Positions 49,801-61,297 of a stretch of DNA of 64,000 nucleotides are shown here, one piece after another (positions within the stretch are counted from its first letter, which is position 1; the number at the start of each line of letters is the position of its first letter). Under the pieces are notes generated by a model. The model was not told where the DNA came from. It ran no database searches and was given only the letters and a program-made list of their open reading frames with translations. Origin of the DNA: Gekko japonicus (taxonomy: Eukaryota). A program made the translations under genes and the position numbers. The DNA is taken from contig NW_015172125.1 in NCBI RefSeq assembly GCF_001447785.1, forward strand, positions 26,889 to 90,888, written 5' to 3'.

Positions 49801-52800
49801 ACTCCTTTAAGACAGGAGAGGTGGCAGAAGAGAGGTGTCTCTCCAGTTTGGCAGAATCACAGACACATATTTACATGTATCTTTATGAACACACTCAGTA
49901 ATAGTGAAGTCCCGCTATTAACCAGACCTTTAAGTGTACTGTGGGTGCTGCATAACAACTAGATTAGAACAGCAACATCACTCACTAAAGGAACGGGGGG
50001 GGGGGGATCTAAAGCAAATGCAATGTACCAGTTTCCTAATGTCACAAAATCCATCAACCAAGAATGTGCAACAGATTGTTCAGACTCCTTGGGCAACATG
50101 CAAATATACTTCTTTGCTTTTAGTGAGGCATAGCATTGGCTGCCAGGGTCAAAATATCCCAGCTTAACCAGCAGTGAAGACCAGGGGCAGTAGAAACCAA
50201 AAGTGGGTGAACTACAGCATAGACTCTGTATACACCATGGGTGTCAAACGTAAGGCCCAGGGACTGGGACCGGCCTGACCTTGGCTGTTATGCGGCCTGT
50301 GAGCAACTAGTGCAAGGGAGGGTACAGGAGGCTGCTCGGGGGTGGGTGGGCTCCAATTATGGAGTCTGCAGCAGTCAAGCAGAACCCCTTCACTTTAGGG
50401 ACACCCTCACTGGTAAATTGGGAGCCACTGCAGAGGCATTCATACCTCTCCACTTGGCCTGCAGCTCCGGGGATGCTGTCCTGGATGGCCTCAGGGATTA
50501 GCATTTGCATGTGGGGGTTACAGATGATCCTCTGTTGGAGTATGTGAGCACTTGCCCAACACTGCACTGCTGGGTCTCCAGTCCACCGCCATGTGGGTTT
50601 TCCTCTGCACACACCCCCAGTCCATGGGGCCTTGCAGTGAGGACAACTCCGAGCTTACCAGTTGCTGTCATTTATAAAGTTTATATCTCCCGTACCTGGC
50701 ATAACGTTTTATGGTGCACATGGCCTGACCCAACAAAGTGACATTTATGTCATTTTGTCAGATCCGGCCCTCATAACAAATTAGTTCAACAACTCTGGTT
50801 TACACTGTCCCACATAACACCAGGATCTTGGTGTTACAGAGGGTGAACCATCCTGCTGCTGGCCTCCATAAGATACAGGAACTTCCTGCGTGGCAACCAT
50901 ACTGGCACCCCAGCCACTCCCAACTGCAAGTACAGTGATGCTAAAGCAGGCTGAAGGGAGGGCAGACCACTGACCAGCTCAAAATGTTCAGTTTATAGCT
51001 TGGCCAAAGGTATCCCCCTTTAATCCCTTTACCAATCCCTGGGGGCAAGAACAGATAGTCCTATAGGAAGTTTGATATAAAGGATTAATAAAAATACCTG
51101 TCCCTGAACTACATACACAAACCACCTAACACCATACTCCTAATTTGCGTTCCAAATTAAGATCTTTCTCTGCTATCAGCCACCCCAGTGTCTACTAATC
51201 CCCCGCAAATTCTCATCCAAACCAATGTCATTGCTATTTATCATTTATATAGCAGTTTCGGTGTGCAAACATCTCTGTGGTTCTTCCCATTTTAAAACTG
51301 TCAGCACGGTACTATGGGCATTAAAATTCCTTGGAAAACCAAGGCAAAGGAGGTGATTACCCATGATGCTACTCAATATGTATGGCTGCCAAGTCCACTG
51401 TAACGCTGACTACTGGACCATGTTAACTACTAATAAAAGTGTTTCACTTGAATCCAGAAAGAATTTGAATCTATGCTTCCTGGATTCAAATGAAACACTT
51501 TTATTAGTAGTTACATGGTCCAGTAGTCAGAGTTACAATGAGCTCGGTCATAATTTTGTTAAGTTGCACAACGTATTCTAGCTGCAGAACCTACAGGGCT
51601 TCTGGTGCACAGCTCGATTCTAGGAGGCCACAGACTTCACAGCACAACCAATGTGCACACCGCTGACAGGCACAACCAATGTGCACACTGAAGCAGCTCA
51701 AGCATGCTCAGCTGCCCAAGAGAGTGCTTCACCTCAGCTAGCCCCAGACAGAAGCGAAGGAGCCTGGGAAGTCAGCCAAATCGCTATCCCAAGCCATCCA
51801 CTCTTTGCTTGCTGCACTCTTAAGAGAATGTGACAACTTGGCTACAAACATCTCAAATGCTGTTAAGAAGGTATTGAGATTACTCTGCAGTAATTAAGAT
51901 GTTGCTATAATAGTAACAGAGAACGTGAGCAACAACTGATGTGCAAGCTTTTGAGTTAAACATAACACTTCCTCAGGTACTAAGGGCAGGAAGTCAACTT
52001 ACAGCTATGCAGAAAAACAGAAGAATGTTTTCCATTTAAATAATTTATCACACTTTTCTCCCTTCAAACTAGGGTCCCAAGCACAGCGCAAATAATAAAA
52101 CCACACGTTGGCAGCCAATGAAGAGGAATTCATTCAACTATTACCCTTAGTAGCACAAGCAGACCCAATAAGCAAGGGGCTATGGCTCAGTGGCAGAGCA
52201 TCTGCTTGGTATGCAGAAGGCCCCAGGTTCAATCCCCAGCATCTCCAGTTAAAAGGATCAGATAGCAGATGATGTGGAAGATCAGATAGCAGATGATGTG
52301 GAAGACCTCTACCTGAGACCTTGCAGAGTACGCTGCCAGTCAGAGTAGGAAATACTTAATGGATCAATGCTCTGATTCAGTATAAGGCAGCTTCATAGGT
52401 TCAGTCCAAGAAGTCGCAATAATTATTTTCTATCCTTCACAAAGGCACAGGCAAGCCTGAAGGAAAAAAGCCAAGGAAGGGGTAGAATGGGTAAAGTTCT
52501 GTGGCAGAACACGACAGATGATAAAAATGAAACCTGCTCCTTAGAAACAACCTATTACACCGCCCTTCATCCCAGCTTAGGGTCCTCAAAGTGGTGAACA
52601 TGTCAAACATTAAAGTAGCACACACACTTAAAACAATTAAGCATATTAACACATTCACACACAAGATGGAGGACCAGTAAGGGTTAGTGAGAGAACACCA
52701 GAACCAAAAAAAAAAAAATCTTCACTCAGTGGTGGAAGACAATGATGGGGGAGACAGAGGAATCTGCCGGGGTAGGGAGTTCCATAGTTTTGACACCACA

Positions 52801-55800
52801 ACCAAAAAAGCCCTTTCTCAGGTTGCTACCTGCCTCAGATAGTGGCACTTGAAGCAGGGCCTCTGAACATGACTGGAGTACTTGGTAGGTTCATATGGAA
52901 GCAGGGGATCCTTAAAGTATGGTGGCCACAAGCCATATAGGTCAGAGGTGTCGAACTCATTTGTTATGAGGGGCGGGTCTGGCATAAATGTCACTTTTTA
53001 GGGCCAGGCCATGCGTGCTATAAAATGTAACACGAGGTACCAGAGACATAAACTTTGTAGGTGTGGAGATACAGGCATTGGTAATGAGACAGGAAAACTA
53101 GCTCTCAGTTCAGTCCAGGAGGATGCAGAAAAGACATGGACATAAGTCTGACATTAGAAACCATAACAGTTGCTGACCTAAGAGTAGCAGTGCTCTTACG
53201 AAGAAATTTCAAATAGAGATTAGAAAGAGAACCTACTGAATTGCAACTGATAAAGAAGCTCAAAGCAATGCATCCTCCTGGACTGAACTGAGAGCTAGTT
53301 TTCCTGTCTCATTACCAATGTGTGTTCTAATTCCTAATCAGGATCTTTTTGGAACAGAGAAATCCAATCCTTTTTATTAAAAAAAAAGCTTTTCAGAATA
53401 AGCCAAAATAATTTCCTCAATGTACATTGCCAGAAGAATCCACCCACCCTCTCCCTCCCTCCAATGAAGTATGCTTGCACACAAAAACTTATACCTGGTA
53501 TAAAACGTTGTTGGTCTTGAAGCTGCAATGAGACTCCAACTTTGTTTTCTCTTTCCTCCCCTCCCTCCCCAAAAGAGGAGGAGCAGCCCCAGAGAAGGAA
53601 GCTGAAGCTCTGTGTGTGTGCGCAAGAGGGGGTGGTGGGCTTGTCTTTGTATCTCTCCTGCAGTAAGCAACCACAGAGCTCTCTCTGTGCCTCTGTGTGT
53701 GTGTGTATGCATGTGTGTGTGGAGGGAGGCAAGAGGCAGGGAACAGTAGGCAAAGAGCCACTGAGAGAGCTGGGGAAAAAGCAAGCTAGGGTGCGGCTGC
53801 AGGAGCAGCCCTGGGAAAGGAAGCGGGAGAAGGAAGTTGCTTGGGGGGCCGGTTTTGAGCCCTCTGTGGGCTGGATTTGGCCTGCGGGCTGCACGTTTGA
53901 CACCCCGATATAGGGTTTTAAAAATCAAAACCAGCACCCTGTATTGATCCCAGAAGCAGATCAGGGTCAATGCAGACAGAACAAGACTGATATGGTCCCT
54001 ATGACCCAGTCCAGTCAACATTCTGGCTGCAGCATTCTGTGCCAGCTGTAGCTTCTGAACAGTCTTCAAGGGCAGCCCTACATACAACACATTGCACCAG
54101 TTTAATCTAGACATTGCCAGGGAATGCACCACAGTGGACTCACCGGTAAAAGCTGCCCCGGCCATCACTGCCACCTCTTTATTCAACAGTGGTCGACGGC
54201 GGCGGCGGAGAAAAATGGTGGCTGGCGAAGCAAGGAGCGAGCGAGCGAGGGAGGCCGGACCAACTGGCGCGGAGGCGGAGCAACACAGCAGGCCAGAGCC
54301 TCATCGGGACAGAGGCCGCAGCGGAGCATGCGCGGAAGTGCGAGTGGTCCTGGCCGGAAATGGAATCGCTACAGCCGGAAGAAGGGAACTCCAAAGACCA
54401 GCACCAGAAAAGGACGCCGCCGACTACCGCCCGCAAGAACAGGACAACAACCGAAGATCCGCCGCAAAAAGGGTGCCTGGTAGGGTAGTCACCACCCCTG
54501 TATATCTGTGGCCCTAGGTTAGATTCTGTAAATGTGATTAGCACTCTCTGTAAGCCGCCCATATGTGAACTTTAACACACCAAAATCAGCTGAGGTTGTG
54601 TTTATTTTGAGTGTCCTCAACTGGGTCTGCTGCACAGAGGCCAAGAGAACAGAACACTGTGTGCTACGCTATGCCTGGGGAAGGGGGAGAGAAGCTCTGG
54701 GTGGTATCTGGCTGGTGTGTGCATGTCAGGCTGATCTGCACCCTCACTCACGCATCACACACCATGACACACTAGTACAGCCTCAAGGCACAGGGGAATT
54801 CTCTTAATAACATGCAGCCTTCTCCACAGTTGCTTCCCTTTCCACCAGGGATGTCTGTGGCTTTGTCTAAAACAGTACACTGGACTCCTATTGCTAAGAG
54901 AACACCTTTGTGGAAATAACCTTAGGATTCTCTTACGGGGCTCTTAAGCAGCACCAATCTATAGAAGGGGAAATAAAGACAATGTGCACAAAGAAGAGAG
55001 ATTAAAGCAGAGTTACAGGGCACAATTCAGTAAATGCTTAAGTCCTACATGGAAATCAACAGGACTGAAAAGTGATTAACTCTTTCTGGATTATGCCCAT
55101 AGACGGGTTTTTTAAAAAAGGAGGGGGGAAGTGGTCATTATAACAGGTAAGCTGCATTAAGAGAGACTGCTAAAAAGGCACAACATTTGGAGAACAAGTG
55201 AACTCAGATGGAGGTAGGGAACATTATTCAGTCTGCCTTTCGTACTGGTGCAAGAGGAGCCAAAATCCTCATCAATACGTCTAATTCTCAAAATTGCCAA
55301 ATCTGTGGATACTTAGATCTAGAAACTGGAACCCTTAACAGACAAGACTGATGTTTCTACAAACCTGAAAATCAACCCAGGTTTGCAGAAAAATCTGAAA
55401 TCTTTTTTTTTAAAAATAGAGAGTGGCGTTTTTAAAAACCCATACAATAAAAGTAGCATCTGTAGCTTCTGGAAACAAATGCCTTCAGTGTCAGCTGCTA
55501 GGCAACCACATTTTACTGCAAGCCTTCTAGCCTTAATTTCTGCCAGGGAGCAGAGGCCCTTTCCAGGACTGTTTTGGCATTTCAGGAAGGACTCATCAGA
55601 GCTAGGCCCAGGAGCAATCACCAGGCAACTTGCTACCACGCAACTTGCATGACTCCCCCAGGCCTGGCTGTTTGCTACTGTTCAACAGCAGACTCCCACA
55701 AAATCCACTGAGCTGTAGTAGTTAAGAGCTTTAGACTAAGATCTGGGAGACCCAGGTTCAAATCACCACTCTGCTGTAGAAGCTCACTGGGTGACCTTGG

Positions 55801-58800
55801 GACAGTTATGCACTCTCAGTCTAACTTTTACTCCACGGGGCTGTGAGAATAAAATGAAAAAGAGAATAATGCAAGCTGCTTTGGGGACCCTCTGTGGAGA
55901 AAGGCAGAATATACATGAAGTATTAAATATAGCTGAAGATGGGGAGCAGGAAAAGTTAGTTGGTGGGTGGGAAAGAGAGAAAGAAGCAGNNNNNNNNNNN
56001 NNNNNNNNNNNNNNNNNNNNNNNNNTACCCCCAAGTGCTTGCAGGTTTTCCACCATGCAATTGGGCCCAACCCAGTAGCCACCACCATGCAACTGGACCA
56101 TGGATTCTCCAGGTAGAGGCTATTGGGAGAGGGAAGGAGGCAAAAGCTAAAGATGGGGACAGATGAAGGTAGGCTGGCTGATGGGTGGGAAGGAGAGAAG
56201 GAAGCAGAAAAAGGAGAGACAGTATGGGGGATTTTAGAGAAGGGAATGAGAAAATACTGGGGGAGGTGGAAATGAGATGTCCCCGCATGTTCTTGCTCGT
56301 CCCCCACCTGTATTTTCTAACACAGGCATGCTCAAGGGGGAAGTCTCTTCCTTATTAATGACTGATATATTAACCAAAAACCACAGAGTGTGTGCCATTA
56401 GCATTTCTAAAGGAAATTATGAGATGGTTATATGCCCATGTATATGCCATTAAATTTCTAGAATTATTTTTAAAAGCCCCGTATTTTAGTTGCCCCATGT
56501 GTGAGCTCTGCCTCCAAAATAAAGCTCTAAAAACCCTTGCATAAATAGTGTTTATGAAGCACACAGGCTACATGTGTAAAAGCTTCAAGACAACATTCTG
56601 GAACATCAACAGGATCAGCTAATTTTTCTGCAGACGGTGCTTCACATTTTCTGGATTATGCTACACCTAAGCAGCAGCACGCTGAAACACAGACAGCAGG
56701 ATCCATCAACCCTCCTGGAGAGTTCCACAGCACACAGAACACCCAACAGGTGTTCATTCCAGTGCTGACATCAGAAAAGTAAACACAAAGGGACTGGTAC
56801 ATTTGCAGCTGTGTGTTCCTGAAGCCAAATCAATTTGTCTTGTACTCCTTAAAGGTCATGAATATATTTGCTTTTTAAAACTTTCCTGCATTACAGGAGG
56901 AGTTCCGTAACATTGTTAATTTCATGTAGCAATTTTTTTTAACTTAGCTCAACACAAAGCTACAGTTTTAACAAGTGTCATTTTTTCCACTTCTCCAGAA
57001 AGACTGCACTCTACACACAGTTTCACTTTATTGCCACAAACAACAAGGAGTTTTTCTTGGTTGTCTACCGGTGCATTCCCTATACATTAGCTGAAGCGTA
57101 TAAAGTAGGTTGCAGCAATGTTATTGAAGACAAACTTATGTGATAGATAACCAACTCTCATATCTAGGAAGGGTAAAGCCATGATAAGAAAAAAAATGTA
57201 TTTATTTTATTTATTTATTATCTAATTTATCCCCCCCCCCCCGTCCCACGAACGGGCTCAGGGCGGCTTACAGTAGTGGCCCAATTGCCAACAAAACCAA
57301 TAAAACAATATACAACATTTCATAATAGATAAAAACATAAAAACATAAGGTGCTATTCAGTTCTACAGTTCGTTGCTTACGATGGCGTATTAAGATGTCT
57401 CCAACAACTAGATTCCAGCTCAGTGTCGTTCCAAGTCACTCGATGTAACAGGCCAGATGTTAAAACTGAGGGCTGGGCTCATTGAATGTAATGGTGAGGG
57501 TGGCTCCTAATTGAAAGCCTGGTGGAAGAGCTCCATCTTGCAGGCCCTGAGGAACTGCACAAGATCCCGCAGGGCCCTGATCTCCTCTGGGAGCTCATTC
57601 CACCAGTAAGGAGCCACCACTGAGAAAGCCCTGGCCCTCGTCACGGCAAGCTTGGCCTCTTTGGGGCCCGGCAGGGTCAAATGATTCTGTGACCCCAATC
57701 TCAGTGCTCTTTGGGGTATATGTGGGGAAAGGAGGTCCCTCAAGTATGTTGGACCCTGTCCATGTAGGGCTTTAAAGGTAAACACCAGCACCTTGAAACG
57801 GATTCGGTATGCTATTGGCAGCCAGTGCAGGGCCTTCAACGCAGGCTGGATGTGCTCCCATCTAGGTAAGCCCATCAACAGCCTGGCCGCGGCATTCTGT
57901 ACTAGCTGCAGCCTCCGAATTTGCAACAAGGGCAGCCCCATGTAGAGAGCGTTGCAGTAGTCTAGTCTCGAGGTGACTGTCACATGGATCACTGTGGCCG
58001 GGTCATTGTGGTCGAGGAAGGGAACCAACTGCCTAATCAGCCGAAGATGGTAAAAGGCCAACTTGGCAGTGGCTGCTACCAGGGCCTCCATTGTTAAGGA
58101 GGGGTCCAGAAGCACACCCAAGCTCCTAAACTCTGGTGCTGGCACCAGTGGTGCCCCACCTAAGGCTGGGAGTGGGGTCCCCACCCGCCCACCACCCCGG
58201 CCCACGCAGAGGACCTCCGTCTTCGCCGGGTTCAATTTCAGCTGACTCAGCCTAAGCCAACCAGCCACGACCTGTAACGCATGGTCCAGATCTCCAGGAC
58301 TGGAGTTTGACTGGCCACCCAGCATCAGATAGAGATGGGTGTCATCAGCGTACTGATGACACCCCAGTCCATAACTCCAGGCTATCTGGGCCAGGGGGCG
58401 CATATGGATGTACTCATTCTATACTCATATATTTTACAGTTGCCTCAATAACCTTGGCTTTTGAGTGCAGCAGACTTTTTAAAAGCTTGCATTTCCTCGA
58501 ACTATATAGAGCCTCACTGTTCATCCCTCAATACTAGCTTCGCTACTAAAGTCTGCTTCCTTGTGGAAGAGCTGCTTCATCCAGTAGCCAAGGGGCAACA
58601 CTGCACAAGTTGCCCCACTTTCATGCACAGCAGCAAATAGGAAACTACTGCAGAACAACTAAACTCCCGTTATACAGTAAGGCACCCTGCACTCTGCATT
58701 TTACTACTCTTTCCGCAGTTGGGTGTTGAAAGAAACTCACATCTCAATGGACAAGGAAGACAGAAGAGTTCATCCTTAATCTCTGTTGTTTAGGGTTTTA

Positions 58801-61297
58801 ACTAGATGAGATGCAAGAGATCCATGATTAGATTACGTAACATTTAATTTCATTTAAAACCAGCCAGAGGGTTGAAGTGTGCACACACTGATTTGGAGGA
58901 GAGCCACAGTAGTGGAGCATGGGCGTTAATTGCCTTCCCTCCCAGCGCTGTTTCCTGGACAGAAATTGCTCCAGCCCAACTGGCTGTCAGCCCCATTAGG
59001 AAAAAGAGGCAGCGGTTTATGAAAGAAGTTAGGAGATCTGATCATCCCTTATGTCTTATCTAGTTAAGGTCCAGCTTCTCAGTGAGATGGAAAATTTGTA
59101 TACCTCTTCCTGTTGCCAGCAGGGGCTCACATGATTGGCTTGTATGGAAGAGTATTCAGTTGCGTGCAGCCACCACTGCAGTGTGAAGTGGGATAGCCCA
59201 CACAGAAGTTTACCATCTCAGTCAGAATTAGGCCTACAGTAGTCATTATTTTACTGATGTACAAGGAATTGCTGAATTAACACTCATCAAAAAGTAACAG
59301 GGACCTGCCATTTCTCACACTAGGTGCTAATATTTTGCATTTCTCACCCTGTTGAGATGCATACTACTTCAGATGTACTCTGTAACTTCATATCGTATCT
59401 ACTCATCTCAATTCACCCTGCACTAGATATTACATCTTGCCTAATAACTCTTGGGAGAGTCCCACTCCTGTGCTGAGAGAACTGATTACTTTTTGGATTG
59501 GATCTTATTTTTGACCAGCCTCTCTTTCTATCATTCACCCATTTCTGTTACATGCATAAATCAGGCCTAATGGATTTACACTCCTATGCACCTGACAGTG
59601 CACGCTCTGACTCATAAGACCTTATGCTGGAAGTTTTGTCAGTCTTGAAGTTGCCACTGGAACTTCACCATGCATTTATTTCACCCTGCATGTCTCCTAA
59701 AAATGTAGTGAAACTCTTTGATTAATACGAAGAGAAAGCCAGATGACACTCAAACGACAGAAGAGCAAGCACATGTGGCAGAGGAGATGTTGCTTAATAA
59801 GTAGCAATGCTAGTAAATCTCAGCTATAGCTGTTCCCAATGCACTCGGTTTATTATCTGGCCTAGAAAATCAACCATCTGCCTGCAACTTGTCACACGGG
59901 AGAATCAAAAACATTCCTGTTTTCTGTTAGGAGAAGCTCAGAAGTAACAGAGAGGGGAAAACCTCACAAAAGGAAATCTGTACACAGGAAAGGACGATTT
60001 CAGAACATGGCTGTAAAACAGCCACACAATTGCTGCTGTAGAGTAGTGTTTGTTTTCTACTTTTTCCTCATTTGGGGAGAATTTTATAGCTTATTTAATT
60101 GTTCAGTCCTTTAAGATCACTTCACACATTGTGAAAGCACTTTGAGTAGGAAACCTGAGCACATGTTAATATAATAAATGTGTGTCATCAAGTGACAACT
60201 GACCACAGGGTTTCCAAGGCAAGCAATTAGGCAGAGGAGGTTTTCCATTACCTTCCTCTGCATACCAACCTCAGCTTTCCTTGGTGATCTCCCATCCAAG
60301 TACTAACTGTGACTGGCACTGCTTACCTTTCAAGCTCTGATCAGGCTAGTTTAGGCTGCTGACTGTAGAATACCATATGGTAAGCAGGAGCACTCACACA
60401 CACCTGTTTTTCAAACCAGGTAGATGGGATGCAAGTTCCTTGTGTAAGTAACTACACACAAACAGGTATATATACGTATATGTGATCTTCACACATCCAA
60501 TACATGCATACTTCATGCTACACTGCTAAGCCAAAAAAAACCTTGCTCTTGTCCTTTCTGTGAAGCAGGTCAGGAAACAGCAAGAAACGGGATGTGCCTT
60601 CTGGTGAATTTCAGTTCCGGTGGGATTCAAAGTGAGGAAGCGGGGAGGTGCAGAGGCCTCGCGGTGAAGCTACACTATATTTATGAGTAATATTCCAAGT
60701 GGAACAGGCAACAGTGCTGTTCGACGAGACCACCTCACCTCCTCGCGGTCTTGATGGAGCCGGGCCGCCAAGCGTGCCTCACTCCTCAAATTCTAATCCG
60801 GCGCCTCTCGCTCCCCCTCCGGCCACGCGGCGCCAAGAAGACGTGCTGTCTAACTTAAAGCCCCATTCCCACCTCCGCAGGCACTTGCAAATGCAGAAGT
60901 CGGCGGGGATGCTGCCCAAGCGTCCCACGCAACGCGCACCCCGACTCCCGCTCCGCGAGCGACCAGGGCCAGATCGAGGCGGAGGTCTGCTCCAAGGGCG
61001 CGCGAGCAAAAGTGTCTCTCGCTGCCTGTCTGACACGCGGCATCCCTCCCAGGCTCGCTTCGGGCGTCGCCGCCAACGCCACAGCTGTGTGAGCCTGAGA
61101 GGAAGAGGAGAAGGCAGCGGCAGAGAGAGAGAGAGAAACGAATACGCTCCGGATCCCTCCCGCTGCTCCTCCGGCAGAGCAGCCCTCCCTCCACACAGCC
61201 TCTTCCCCCCCGTCGCCTAACCGGCGGGAGGACAGCCTGGCTCACCTCGGCCGCCTCTGCGGGCTGCGTCGCCGCGTCGTGAACGAGGCCGGGGCAT
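30240..61297 (-). CDS. IFRD2: Interferon-related developmental regulator 2, 12 coding exons, 1320 nt, 439 aa
   Basis: All exons GT-AG with matching phases; MPRPRSRRG..., SAKTRQVALESLRLA, GKGEEQSLAA, LATDSNKYRAKTDRRKQRSIFR, and C-terminal HLYNSAAFKARTKARSRVRDKRADVL* match remembered IFRD2. Confidence 0.95.
30845..30940 (-). CDS. IFRD2: IFRD2 exon 11 (NNELLREIFELGPP...SRFEK)
   Basis: 96 nt, GT-AG. Confidence 0.94.
31178..31306 (-). CDS. IFRD2: IFRD2 exon 10 (NGECHEETIKFGLECMYVDSW...RHHLQ)
   Basis: 129 nt, GT-AG. Confidence 0.94.
32103..32240 (-). CDS. IFRD2: IFRD2 exon 9 (EDFFYDETDLLC...RDVLHYIE)
   Basis: 138 nt, GT-AG. Confidence 0.94.
32863..32968 (-). CDS. IFRD2: IFRD2 exon 8 (HLPTLPLMLSSDNVNLRIVAGETIALLFELARDIE)
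   Basis: 106 nt, GT-AG. Confidence 0.94.
33171..33352 (-). CDS. IFRD2: IFRD2 exon 7 (DLASCLACLEGIF...WSLLLTICPSTQIKKILD)
   Basis: 182 nt, GT-AG. Confidence 0.94.
33765..34114 (-). mobile_element. Sauria SINE (Squam1), full length
   Basis: (ACCTTT)n tail and tRNA-like head; 12-bp TSD CAGAGTTGTTTA at 33753-33764 and 34115-34126. Confidence 0.9.
34169..34993. mobile_element. Non-autonomous hAT element
   Basis: CAGGGACCCCCAAC...GTTGGCAACCCTG termini. Confidence 0.55.
35425..35475 (-). CDS. IFRD2: IFRD2 exon 6 (CATALGMCCYIAAADVE)
   Basis: 51 nt, GT-AG. Confidence 0.93.
35632..35789 (-). CDS. IFRD2: IFRD2 exon 5 (KGEEQSLAATVL...ASPVARQS)
   Basis: 158 nt, GT-AG. Confidence 0.94.
36064..36477. 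mobile_element. Non-autonomous hAT (Ac-like) element
   Basis: TAGGGGTATGCA...TGTATAGCCCTA; TSD TTATGTAG/TCATGTAG. Confidence 0.7.
37222..37346 (-). CDS. IFRD2: IFRD2 exon 4 (AKTRQVALESLRL...EKCLKK)
   Basis: 125 nt, GT-AG. Confidence 0.94.
39998..40082 (-). CDS. IFRD2: IFRD2 exon 3 (GEAVDEQAQQEEMEDKLKECIDNVMDK)
   Basis: 85 nt, GT-AG. Confidence 0.93.
40560..41530 (+). mobile_element. Decayed non-LTR retrotransposon ORF2 C-terminus (RTE-X-like)
   Basis: EQVLTFKYLG, KMVPQLMYG, QSKFLRAL, LETGL, RAFSMARFN and zinc knuckle CSCGTGEVEMIEHTLLHC, in broken frames. Confidence 0.7.
42150..42266 (-). CDS. IFRD2: IFRD2 exon 2 (TRSSAKMDSQASDDEAASEVLSHYSSASE...)
   Basis: 117 nt, phase 1-1, GT-AG. Confidence 0.92.
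42620..42968 (-). mobile_element. Sauria SINE (Squam1), full length
   Basis: Near-identical to the 33765 copy; TSD GGAACCCATATAG at 42607-42619 and 42986-42998. Confidence 0.9.
50236..50797. mobile_element. Non-autonomous hAT (Charlie-like) element
   Basis: CATGGGTGTCAAAC terminus; TSD GTATACAC/GTTTACAC; same family as 52943, opposite orientation. Confidence 0.7.
51399..51537. repeat. Near-perfect inverted repeat (~62-bp arms, 14-nt loop)
   Basis: Arms are reverse complements with about 4 differences. Confidence 0.9.
52176..52403 (+). mobile_element. tRNA-derived SINE (Squam2-like) with an internal 24-bp tandem duplication
   Basis: A box TGGCTCAGTGG, B box GGTTCAATCCC; gatcagatagcagatgatgtggaa x2. 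Confidence 0.75.
52943..53907. mobile_element. Non-autonomous hAT (Charlie-like) element
   Basis: CAGAGGTGTCGAAC...GTTTGACACCCCG; TSD ATATAGGT/ATATAGGG. Confidence 0.8.
53076..53320 (+). mobile_element. Penelope-like GIY-YIG fragment with a perfect 52-bp inverted terminal copy
   Basis: Peptide remnants GHKSDIRNH, DLRVAVLL, RLERE..ELQLIKKLK..HPPGLN..FLSHY; 53076-53127 is the reverse complement of 53269-53320. Confidence 0.75.
55710..55930 (+). mobile_element. Squam3-type CORE SINE (older copies also ~20552-20708, ~24113-24280, ~45625-45820)
   Basis: tRNA-like head, gggtgaccttgggacagt CORE, L2-like tail. Confidence 0.65.
55990..56025. other. Assembly gap (36 N)
   Basis: Seen directly. Confidence 1.
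57200..58405 (-). mobile_element. Young 5'-truncated L2 LINE with an uninterrupted 298-aa ORF2 C-terminus
   Basis: HQYADDT, LKLNPAKTE, SRLDYCNALY, LHWLPI; full 3' UTR and (TAAA)n tail. Confidence 0.93.
59240..59665 (+). mobile_element. Decayed Penelope-like 3' end
   Basis: ttgctgaatta...; terminal ctctgactcataagaccttatgctggaa...gtcttgaagttgccac. Confidence 0.5.

Larger units (their letters stand above)
52540..54187 (-). mobile_element. L2 fragment split by a hAT element
   Basis: SRLNWCNVLYVGLPLKTVQKLQLAQNAAAR at 53908-54187; continuation and 3' UTR at 52540-52942. Confidence 0.8.

Noticed and set aside
52176-52250. tRNA gene
   Set aside because: A/B boxes are present but it continues into a SINE body with no proper acceptor stem.
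53377-54186. 269-aa - strand ORF
   Set aside because: Chance read-through from L2 RT into a hAT insert.
60699-61245. Overlapping 113-173-aa ORFs
   Set aside because: Stop-poor GC-rich CpG island.
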